Shown here: positions 43,576-51,570 of the stretch, piece by piece
Position numbering within the stretch: position 1 is the stretch's first letter
How the letters are laid out: each line of letters starts with the position of its first letter
Virus record (IMG/VR): IMGVR_UViG_3300035698_012408
Source: a virus
Direction: 5' to 3' (one strand)
DNA: 64,000 nucleotides
The notes under the pieces: generated by a model
Seen by the model: only the letters and a program-made list of their open reading frames with translations
Told to the model about the DNA's origin: nothing
Database searches by the model: none
Translations under genes and position numbers: made by a program

Positions 43576-44031
43576 CTATTCCGCCGGTTGAGCCAAGCCC
43601 AATCCACTAAATAGTTTTGACGACGACTGCTTCACACGTGTCGTCCGAGCCCCAACATTGGGATCGGTCAACGAGTTGTACTGCGGCTGATTTGCACCAG
43701 CCGTTTTCGTCTGGGCATTCGGATCAACGCCGGAACCCAGTCGCGACAGCTCTTCAGGATTGCGGTGGCCGGCGACCTTCATCAACAGTTCAAGAACTTT
43801 GACGGGGTCTTGGCACATGGCCGCGAGCTTCTCGCGTTGAGTCGGCATGATTCGTTCATGCTCGACCATGACTTTGCAAACTTCGGGAATCATTTGATCC
43901 ACCTGAGCTTGCTTCTCACTTCGAGCTACCTCAGCTGCCGCTGCCTTTTCCAGTGCCGCAGACGTCACTGTGACGTGCTGAATCACCTTCTCCGGGAGCG
44001 TCAGTTCGGGAGCTTGGTTAGTATCGCTCAT
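43576..44031 (-). CDS. Hypothetical helical protein (~151 aa)
   Basis: The track start 44046 is a GTG. ATG 44031 has GGAGGG 7 nt upstream. Confidence 0.6.
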   Translation of the reverse strand: MSDTNQAPELTLPEKVIQHVTVTSAALEKAAAAEVARSEKQAQVDQMIPEVCKVMVEHERIMPTQREKLAAMCQDPVKVLELLMKVAGHRNPEELSRLGSGVDPNAQTKTAGANQPQYNSLTDPNVGARTTRVKQSSSKLFSGLGLAQPAE

Positions 44032-44103
44032 TCTATAGCCCTCCACGACTATGGTTGCAGCTCCGAGCTGCTGGTTGGTGGTGAATAGAACGCACCTCGC
44101 TGC

Positions 44104-45657
44104 TTAGCCCTGATAATTCATCAGTTCAAGCAAGTGTGCCTTCATTTTTTCGCGAAGTAGCCGCTCAGGCGAACCATCCGCGGCTTCCTTCTGACGATAA
44201 CGACCGGACATCTGGAATGCCTTAGCCGCACTTGCGAGCTTCATACCTTCGCTCATGGGAGGCATGGCACCTTCGGGAGGCATTCCGCCGCCGGGAGGCA
44301 TTCCGCCACCTTCGGGGGGCATTCCACCTTCGGGAGGCATGGCACCTTCGGGAGGCATTCCGCCACCGGGAGGCATTCCGCCACCTTCGGGAGGCAGCCC
44401 CATGCCCTCTTCGGGCGGAGGGCCAGCTTGCGCGAGGGCTTCGATCGGAATACCAAGCTCTTCAAGAGCTGCAATCAGCTCCATGATAGCTTCTTCTTCG
44501 GACGGACCACCGAGGCCTCCGCCACCCATCTCGCCGCCACCCATCTCGCCGCCGCCACCCATCATCGGGTCGCCGCCGCCACCTCCCATGATACCGCCGG
44601 GATCGCCGCCGCCACCAAGGAGTTCGCCGAGACTTCCGCCACCTTCACCGCCACCCTCAGCGGGCATTGGTCCACCACCGCCATCGGCGCCTTCGGCATC
44701 CGACGCACCCGAACCGCTGTCGCCAGGATTGTTATTATCCTCGGCGTCAGCCATATCGGCCGCTTGCTTCTGGTGGAAGGCAGTGAGATAGCTGCCGAAC
44801 AGATCGGCATCGACGTTGGCGTCAGCGATAGTGTCATTGAGACACTCAGCAACACTGGATTGTGCCGCCGTCTTTTCGACGCCTAGATGCGTGGCCAGCT
44901 CGTAGCCAGCCTGAAGATCGGGATTGCCAGCGGCCATCCCAGCAGTGTTACCGGCCTTCACGGCGTCGGCAGCTTGCTTGATCATGATGTCGAGCTCACT
45001 CGCTTGCTTCTCCCCAGCCGGGGCTTGGCCCGACATCTGGGTCGAAGGCGCTGCGGGTGTATTCTCGCCAGCGGCCGACGGATTCAGGTTAGCGCTGGTG
45101 GCCTGAGCCTCGGCCAGTGCTTCCTTCGTCAGTTGACCACCGAGACCGTTGGTGAGGTCAGCAAGAATGCCGTTGGCCAGACCGTCACTGAGCGTTTTCA
45201 GCTCACTGACACTGGCGTTGGCATATTTGTGACCATCGAGAGAACTGTTGTCGGTGGCCGCGGGATGTGAAGTCCCGGGGTCATCCTTACCGGCTTTGTA
45301 GTCGTTCTCCACCGAAGGGTCTTCCCCGGTAGCAGACTGGGACGTGCCGATATTCAATTGAGCGTCATCCTGACGACCGTCCGTGTTATCGGGGGTCTGG
45401 TCGACGCCGGGTGTACCTTGATCGGCTTTCACGTCAGAAGCATTTTCGCCGGAGCGAGCCCCTTCAGTGGCCGATTGGCCCCGGTTATCGACACTCGTGG
45501 TCGGATGCGTGGACGAACCTTGGTAACCTCCCGGATCAGCAGGAGTAGGAGACTCGCCCTGCTTGACGCGGGCGGCCGCCTGCTTCTCCGTTTGGATTTC
45601 GTCCGCAAGCGAATGGAGAGCCGAAAATAAACGGCCCTGCTGAGCGTTAGCGGTCAT
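44104..45657 (-). CDS. Acidic, low-complexity scaffold-like / internal head protein (517 aa) with Gly-Met-Pro repeats
   Basis: ATG at 45657 with AAGGAG 8 nt upstream. Long disordered-looking Asp/Gly/Ser/Thr-rich sequence. The C-terminal part reads GGGDPMMGGGGEMGGGEMGGGG...GGGMPPGGGMPPEGAMPPEGGMPPE, the last unit twice. Lies between the protease and the capsid. Confidence 0.35.
   Translation of the reverse strand: MTANAQQGRLFSALHSLADEIQTEKQAAARVKQGESPTPADPGGYQGSSTHPTTSVDNRGQSATEGARSGENASDVKADQGTPGVDQTPDNTDGRQDDAQLNIGTSQSATGEDPSVENDYKAGKDDPGTSHPAATDNSSLDGHKYANASVSELKTLSDGLANGILADLTNGLGGQLTKEALAEAQATSANLNPSAAGENTPAAPSTQMSGQAPAGEKQASELDIMIKQAADAVKAGNTAGMAAGNPDLQAGYELATHLGVEKTAAQSSVAECLNDTIADANVDADLFGSYLTAFHQKQAADMADAEDNNNPGDSGSGASDAEGADGGGGPMPAEGGGEGGGSLGELLGGGGDPGGIMGGGGGDPMMGGGGEMGGGEMGGGGLGGPSEEEAIMELIAALEELGIPIEALAQAGPPPEEGMGLPPEGGGMPPGGGMPPEGAMPPEGGMPPEGGGMPPGGGMPPEGAMPPMSEGMKLASAAKAFQMSGRYRQKEAADGSPERLLREKMKAHLLELMNYQG
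44257..44406 (-). repeat. 75-bp direct repeat, 2 copies (25-aa GGGMPPGGGMPPEGAMPPEGGMPPE unit)
   Basis: gggaggcatggcaccttcgggagg starts at 44257 and again at 44332. Confidence 0.8.
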
Positions 45658-45698
45658 AGTGTCAACTCCTTTGACGGTGAGGCGATCCCGTGTGTGAC

Positions 45699-47219
45699 CT
45701 AAACTGCATAATTTTGCAGGACGGCCAGGGACGCTGTCAACTCATAATTGGGATCTGCGTCTTGTACCGATCCGAGGAAGGCTAGCTTGTAGAGGCAATA
45801 CTCTTGGGCTAACTTTTCCGCTGGATCACAACGTGCTGAGGCAACCTTTTCACGTTCTACTGGGCTTCGTAAACTCGGTTGCTCCTGCGTCAACGCCGCC
45901 CGTGTAACTCTGTTATACACAGAATCGACACGTAACGACAAGTCCATTGCATGCTTCGCAGCCCAATTTGCGAAGATTGGCGGGGCAGCGGCCTCTGCTG
46001 GGACATACCCGCTGGACTGGATACGGTCTGGTAAATCACCGTTCTCCAGTAATCGAGTATACGCTCCTGGGAGCTCCCTGACTACCACCCCTGCTAATTC
46101 TGCTGCTTTTTCATGCCCGTGATCCGTAGCCACTTCAATGAAGCGATGCAGCGGAAGGCAGATTCTCTGGTCAGCCAGCGCTCGAAGCGCCAATGCAAAT
46201 TTCTCCCGGAACAGCGGGGGAAGCTCCAAAGCAGTGTCACCACCTTGGACGCTGGGCTCGAACGCTAAAACATTCGCAGTTTGACAACTGCAACGTCCAT
46301 TTGCAATGTCAGACTCAATGTCTGATAGCTCGTAGGCCAGCTTAATCATCTGCTGGACATTTGCCGGCTGACCGGCGTCCACCATCAACTCGTAGGGCAC
46401 TGTAATGCCCATTTGCTTCGCCAATTCAGCACTCTTGATGACCCCACAACCACGGGCTGCGGCAGCCTTCTCCAGTACCCCTGTGACGTACGCGATTCGA
46501 TCGGCCGGGCGAAAAACATGGCTAATATCAAAAAATACCGGACGCGGGTTATCCGCGTGCAGCTGATGGATACCGCCGCCGATTTCAACCAAAGCACCGA
46601 TATTACTCTTCAGGCCACCGGCTTTGCACATGCCACCTTCTTGTGGGCTGGCACAGTAATCCTCGACCCTGGGAGCCTTATTGCCGCAGTACGAACAGAC
46701 GTCGTGTGCGACCTTACAAGCCATCGAGACAGGAATTTCCCGTCCTGAGGCCAGTTTCTCCATCTCGCGATCGGCGATAAGTCCGCCGTTTCGCTTCGCA
46801 GCCGCATCGGTACTATACAACGCTGCCACAAGTTCAATACGCTTCATGGGCTCATGAAACGCTGACTTGACCAGCCGACCGTACGACTTCTTCTTGTCTT
46901 TGTTTTTGTGGTTTCGGAAGAAACAAGCGTGCTTCACGAACGACGGATGATGATTTCGACACGTTTCGCGCCTGAAGCCGTCTCCGTTGCGGTTCGCCCC
47001 GTAGTCTTCCGTGGCCCCAACTGCTAGGAGATGCACCAGAACCTCGTCCTGAGCCGCCTTCTCCAGCAATTGATCTATTTCCTGCAACACCACAGACGAC
47101 GCCCGCTTTACGAGATCCGCCCTGTCCGCCCCGATGAGGCCGCGACTGGATCGCTTGATCATCGTGACGATTGGCTCATCAAACGTGAGTGAGTCTGGTG
47201 TTATTACTTTTACGTGCAT
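45699..47219 (-). CDS. Prohead maturation protease candidate (S78/HK97-like) with an inserted Cys4 element, 506 aa
   Basis: YGANRNGDGF, FFRNHKN (candidate His), PVSMACKV (candidate Ser) and FFDISHVFRPADRIAYV resemble the D..GD..(GAF), H, S and E.S.V..PA blocks of HK97-type proteases as I remember them. There is also a CSYC...C...C cluster. Lies upstream of the scaffold-like and capsid genes. Confidence 0.45.
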   Translation of the reverse strand: MHVKVITPDSLTFDEPIVTMIKRSSRGLIGADRADLVKRASSVVLQEIDQLLEKAAQDEVLVHLLAVGATEDYGANRNGDGFRRETCRNHHPSFVKHACFFRNHKNKDKKKSYGRLVKSAFHEPMKRIELVAALYSTDAAAKRNGGLIADREMEKLASGREIPVSMACKVAHDVCSYCGNKAPRVEDYCASPQEGGMCKAGGLKSNIGALVEIGGGIHQLHADNPRPVFFDISHVFRPADRIAYVTGVLEKAAAARGCGVIKSAELAKQMGITVPYELMVDAGQPANVQQMIKLAYELSDIESDIANGRCSCQTANVLAFEPSVQGGDTALELPPLFREKFALALRALADQRICLPLHRFIEVATDHGHEKAAELAGVVVRELPGAYTRLLENGDLPDRIQSSGYVPAEAAAPPIFANWAAKHAMDLSLRVDSVYNRVTRAALTQEQPSLRSPVEREKVASARCDPAEKLAQEYCLYKLAFLGSVQDADPNYELTASLAVLQNYAV

Positions 47220-47220
47220 A

Positions 47221-48498
47221 TTACGGGCCTCCGCCAGGGGGTGTGCCGTTGAGCGATTGAATACCTTGAGCTGGGCTTGGATTTGGCCGCCCCCACTGTG
47301 TCAGTGTCGAGCCAATAAGTCCAAGAACGCTACCGGTCCGTTTACCGGCTTTCCCCGGCGTATGCGGCACTGGTGCAGGCGTATTTCGCTTACGTGACTG
47401 CGTTACCTGCTCCTGCAACAGTTTCATCTGTGGCTCAGTGAGTTTCTCTCCTTTGAACATATCATGCTTACCGGTGCGCGGATGCGTAATTGTCTTCGTA
47501 CCACCAAACTCTTTGCCGCCCACCCACGGAATATTCTGCGGTACCGTGACCGTTTTGCCACCCACCTTGGGAACCCACTGAGGTACTGTAAACGATTTTC
47601 CGCCCAACGGCATCTTATTCGGCATCGTGAATCGCGGACCTGTGGTGGTTTTAGCGGGTAAAGGTGCCTTCTTTACCCATTGCTCTCTGAGTTTTTTGTC
47701 GATGACACTTTGAGAGCCTTCCTCCAACAACACGTCACGAGCCTCGGCTGGCCCCATCGGTGCATCCATACGCGCATTGTGGGCTTTTGCCGCACGCCAA
47801 TTCCTGATCTTGGCGATTGGCTTGTCTATGCCAAAATGCCCGGCAGCTCCGCCAGCCCCCGTCATGCCGGCACCTCGCACAAGCGTGTTCAGGTTCGTGG
47901 CATCCTGAAAAGTGTAGGTACCAAACTGTTTACCCATGTCAATCACATCACCACGCTCAAACGCATCATTGAACAAAGCCTGCCGGGCCCCGGCGTTATG
48001 ATGCTTCTGCGTAGCTTGACCCGAACCCTGTAGGCCAAGTACCTGCGATAAACGCCCAGTCTCCGCAATGTCCTTCTGCGTTGTAGCATCCGTGAATGGT
48101 AGGCCGGTAAGGGGATCTGGTTGCCCATCAGCCGATAGCTGAACCCTACCCAGCCTATAATGGTAATCCGCCACGTTTTTATTAAGCGGAGTGTCCGTCG
48201 GTGCTTTCATATTAGCGATCGCACCACCCGCGGCGCCGAGACCGCCACCAAGCGTCGCACCCATCAGTGCATTACGCAACCATCGCTTCTTCTTCCGCTT
48301 GCTCATGATGGTGGCCAGCAGCCCGCCGCCAAGGCCTACACCTGCACCCATCATTGCCATATTTGGCGTGCTGGTCCAGTCGATCGCTGCTTTGGTCATG
48401 TCCGCCGCAGGCTTACACGCGCCAAGCTGCGCACGGACAGCTACCAATTCGGCAGCTTTCTCCAGCGTCAGCTCCGCAGGATTAAATGACTGATCCAT
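47221..48498 (-). CDS. Membrane-helix / Lys-rich protein (425 aa), possible internal or ejection protein
   Basis: Gly-zipper helices (MMGAGVGLGGGLLATIM, LMGATLGGGLGAAGGAIA). C-terminal short repeats GGKSFTVPQWVPKVGGKTVTVPQNIPWVGGKEFGG. Confidence 0.5.
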   Translation of the reverse strand: MDQSFNPAELTLEKAAELVAVRAQLGACKPAADMTKAAIDWTSTPNMAMMGAGVGLGGGLLATIMSKRKKKRWLRNALMGATLGGGLGAAGGAIANMKAPTDTPLNKNVADYHYRLGRVQLSADGQPDPLTGLPFTDATTQKDIAETGRLSQVLGLQGSGQATQKHHNAGARQALFNDAFERGDVIDMGKQFGTYTFQDATNLNTLVRGAGMTGAGGAAGHFGIDKPIAKIRNWRAAKAHNARMDAPMGPAEARDVLLEEGSQSVIDKKLREQWVKKAPLPAKTTTGPRFTMPNKMPLGGKSFTVPQWVPKVGGKTVTVPQNIPWVGGKEFGGTKTITHPRTGKHDMFKGEKLTEPQMKLLQEQVTQSRKRNTPAPVPHTPGKAGKRTGSVLGLIGSTLTQWGRPNPSPAQGIQSLNGTPPGGGP

Positions 48499-49885
48499 CT
48501 GGCGACACTCCGTTTATTTGCGGTTGTGGGCGAGCCTGTTGTCGCATCTTGCCTTCCATGTCGACAAGCTGATCGACCTCGAACTGATCGAACTGTCCTT
48601 GTTGCAACTGCTTTCGCAGCAACGCCTGAATGGTCAGCCGCTTATCCGCGGCCGACGGCGTCAACTGCACGATGTTGTTGTAAGCCGTTGATACTTCCTC
48701 GGGTTCATACCCGCTGATCACCGGATCATTCAAGATCATGTCTTGCAACATGGCCTGACTGTTGATACGACGAAGCTGGTCCTCATGGCCTGGATCAGAT
48801 AACTGATCCAGCGTCCGCTGCACCATTTTATCTTCTTCCGGGCCTTTCAACCCTTTCACCGTATCACCTGCCAACCCTTTTATCAAGGCCATTGACCCCA
48901 TGAGTCCTAACGGTCCCGCCGAAACCTTGTCCATCATGTCAGTCGAGGATAGTTCCAAGACTGAAGGACTTACGGCGGTACGTACGAAAGGGCGGAGCAG
49001 GACCCCGGCCTGTTTCTCTGCATCTGCATGCTTCTCTTGCCACTGATGCTTGAGCTCGTTGTACGTTGCTGCTTGTGACAGCAGCAGAGCGATCTGCGGG
49101 AACGGCTCTTCCGTGGCATCCAGCTCGGTCACCGCCGCGAACTTCGCACGTCCAGTGGTGCCGAGAAGTGACTTGCCAATTCGGTGATTGGCCAGCTTCG
49201 ACAACGAAGGTGTGACCTTCACGATCTCGTCCATAATGTGCTCACCATAATCGCCGTGAAGCAGCATAACCGCTTCCTTCACTACCGGGATCGGCTTGGC
49301 ATCCGGTCGACGGAAATAATCGGTCAACCCGACGAACGTCCCGGACATATCGTCGAAAGCACTGGCCTGCTTCCGGCGGGCTTCGGCAACATCGCGATTC
49401 AGCCGATCCACGTCGGATGCAGCCTTGCGTATCGCAGTCGCGGGGTCTTGTGGGTAGGCGTCCGGCTTCGTGATTGGCTGGCCGGCAAGCGTGCCCCAGT
49501 CCTCCACACCGCTACGCTTCTCTCGCGAACCCAGCCTATCGAGCATGGGCCGTGGCGAGAAACTGTACTCCGGCGAGACTTCCGTGCTGATGGCCGCAGC
49601 CGTCTTCACGTTGTCCGGGTACATCAGATCGAGCACGGCAGCCAGATCCGCCAACTCAAACTCCGCCGATTTCTCGAACGCGCCTTCGCCTTCGGTACGC
49701 TGTCGCGACGTTTGGCCGGTATTGTACGCGTGGACGACGAGCTTGACCTCGCCAGGGGCCACACCAGTCGCCTGGGCTGCTTTCACGATAGCGTCGTTGG
49801 GGCACAAACCATTATTGACATTGTCACTTGTCTGGTTGATGCAATCCATCAGCTTTCGCTCAGTTTTTGGAGTTAGCTTTTTCAT
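48482..49885 (-). CDS. Hypothetical protein (467 aa)
   Basis: ATG at 49885 in an ATGA overlap with the upstream stop. Confidence 0.65.
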   Translation of the reverse strand: MKKLTPKTERKLMDCINQTSDNVNNGLCPNDAIVKAAQATGVAPGEVKLVVHAYNTGQTSRQRTEGEGAFEKSAEFELADLAAVLDLMYPDNVKTAAAISTEVSPEYSFSPRPMLDRLGSREKRSGVEDWGTLAGQPITKPDAYPQDPATAIRKAASDVDRLNRDVAEARRKQASAFDDMSGTFVGLTDYFRRPDAKPIPVVKEAVMLLHGDYGEHIMDEIVKVTPSLSKLANHRIGKSLLGTTGRAKFAAVTELDATEEPFPQIALLLSQAATYNELKHQWQEKHADAEKQAGVLLRPFVRTAVSPSVLELSSTDMMDKVSAGPLGLMGSMALIKGLAGDTVKGLKGPEEDKMVQRTLDQLSDPGHEDQLRRINSQAMLQDMILNDPVISGYEPEEVSTAYNNIVQLTPSAADKRLTIQALLRKQLQQGQFDQFEVDQLVDMEGKMRQQARPQPQINGVSPDGSVI

Positions 49886-50865
49886 TTATCCGCCTCGATC
49901 AGTTGAGTTGCCTCGGTGACTGGGAACGACAGAGCAACAAGCGTTGCCGCGTTTGCGATAGGCTGCCGCACGGAGACTCGCATTGTCTCCTCATACGTCA
50001 GCTCGATCGCGCTCTGTTCGTAAGCTGCCAACGGTCCACGGTCGAGTGCCACTTGATCGTTACGTGGATCGCGACCGCCGATGTTAAACGGCAGGCATGT
50101 CATCATCGCTTGAATATGGTCCAGGACAGCAGCTTGCGCCTTTCCGGCGGTATCCGTGTTCCGTTCCACCTCTACGAATTTCGTAAACTGTTCCATGATA
50201 GCCAGTTGCGTGTGCTGGTTCACTGGAACAGTCTTGGCTGCTATGGACGCTTTCAACTTCAACGTCCCTACGGCGTCATCGAGCACGGTGGACCCAACAG
50301 CGTCTGGCGTGTTGCACCATGTCGGAGACGAGAACTTGCTTTCCATCGCGTCAAGCATGCACGGGCCCAGGAAGTATCCATAGAGTTTCCAAAGCAGGTC
50401 GAACTCCCGCTCTGATAATCCCCGATGAATGGCTGGGCCCATGATGCAGTTCAACACGTATTTCGGATGCACGAGCTTCTCCCGTGCATTGAAGAACACT
50501 GATTCGTATGCCTCAACAACCGTCGGCGGCAACCCGCAACGATAACCAATTTCAAAATCAGTTTCGCGAGCCAGGATATGTGCCTCGATCGAGAACTTCT
50601 GCGGGTTGACAGCACTGTCGTAAGCCCAGTGGGCCCAGAAGATGTCTGGTGTCGACTCCGCCAGCAGCATCTTCTGCCGATCGTTGCGGCACGCGTCGAA
50701 CTGCTCCAGGTACCGCACTGCCCGACTGATCCATTTGTACCCCATGATGCCATCACGTCGCCGCGTGGCATTCAGTCCCATCCCATCCACGATCTCGCGA
50801 GCGCGTTGCCACCGCCAGTCAGCAGGGCGGAATGGGTTGTCAGCACAAATATGAATCGACGACAT
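49882..50865 (-). CDS. Hypothetical protein (327 aa)
   Basis: ATG at 50865 abuts the upstream TAG. GGAG lies 6 nt upstream. Confidence 0.65.
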   Translation of the reverse strand: MSSIHICADNPFRPADWRWQRAREIVDGMGLNATRRRDGIMGYKWISRAVRYLEQFDACRNDRQKMLLAESTPDIFWAHWAYDSAVNPQKFSIEAHILARETDFEIGYRCGLPPTVVEAYESVFFNAREKLVHPKYVLNCIMGPAIHRGLSEREFDLLWKLYGYFLGPCMLDAMESKFSSPTWCNTPDAVGSTVLDDAVGTLKLKASIAAKTVPVNQHTQLAIMEQFTKFVEVERNTDTAGKAQAAVLDHIQAMMTCLPFNIGGRDPRNDQVALDRGPLAAYEQSAIELTYEETMRVSVRQPIANAATLVALSFPVTEATQLIEADK

Positions 50866-51123
50866 CTATTGCTCCGGTCCATCTATATCAATTGATCGCT
50901 GCCGTGACGGGAACACCGGATAGTCACCCTCGGGGACACCCGCACCGTCAACATCCACCTGTGACGCAAAACACGTAAGCGTCATTTTCGGTGACATGTC
51001 TCCTGCGTTCATAGTGATCTGGACTGCCGTAACCATCTCGACGACTTGTCCAGTCTCTATGTCGAAGACAGCAACATCTACGTCGCCATCCTTCAGCTGC
51101 TTAAAGCGAAAACCCAACTTCAT
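50866..51123 (-). CDS. Hypothetical small protein (85 aa)
   Basis: TAATG overlap with the upstream gene. Confidence 0.6.
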   Translation of the reverse strand: MKLGFRFKQLKDGDVDVAVFDIETGQVVEMVTAVQITMNAGDMSPKMTLTCFASQVDVDGAGVPEGDYPVFPSRQRSIDIDGPEQ

Positions 51124-51557
51124 TACGAGTTCAATTCTGCCATTTCGATGGTCATGCCGATCGAATAGGCTTTATCCCCCGACCCTGCTGGCGTAATGGC
51201 TAACCACAGACGACGCACCGGGTTAGTGCTCGTGCCATCGCCGTTGCGGAATATGGTGTCCATTTCATAGTCGGCGAACTTGCCGGCGACTACGCTCTTG
51301 ACACCGAAGAGCGAATGGAGCCCGGGCTCTTGGCCCGCCACTGCGCTCGACTCACTGGAAATGCTGTCATCATCGGCCATAGCATAGGCCGCTTTTCGTG
51401 CCGAAAACAGTTGGAACGTGGCATCAACGACCCCGCCCACCTGCTCCAGCACAAGACGTCGAATGGTGCCGCGGTGCGGCACCTTCAATTCGACAACAGA
51501 CGTTTTACCGGCCTCGACGTCAAACTCCAACGGGCCGTAGTTCCAAGGAACTCCCAT
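51123..51557 (-). CDS. Hypothetical protein (144 aa)
   Basis: ATG at 51557 with AAGGAG 9 nt upstream. Confidence 0.65.
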   Translation of the reverse strand: MGVPWNYGPLEFDVEAGKTSVVELKVPHRGTIRRLVLEQVGGVVDATFQLFSARKAAYAMADDDSISSESSAVAGQEPGLHSLFGVKSVVAGKFADYEMDTIFRNGDGTSTNPVRRLWLAITPAGSGDKAYSIGMTIEMAELNS

Positions 51558-51570
51558 AATTCATATCTCC

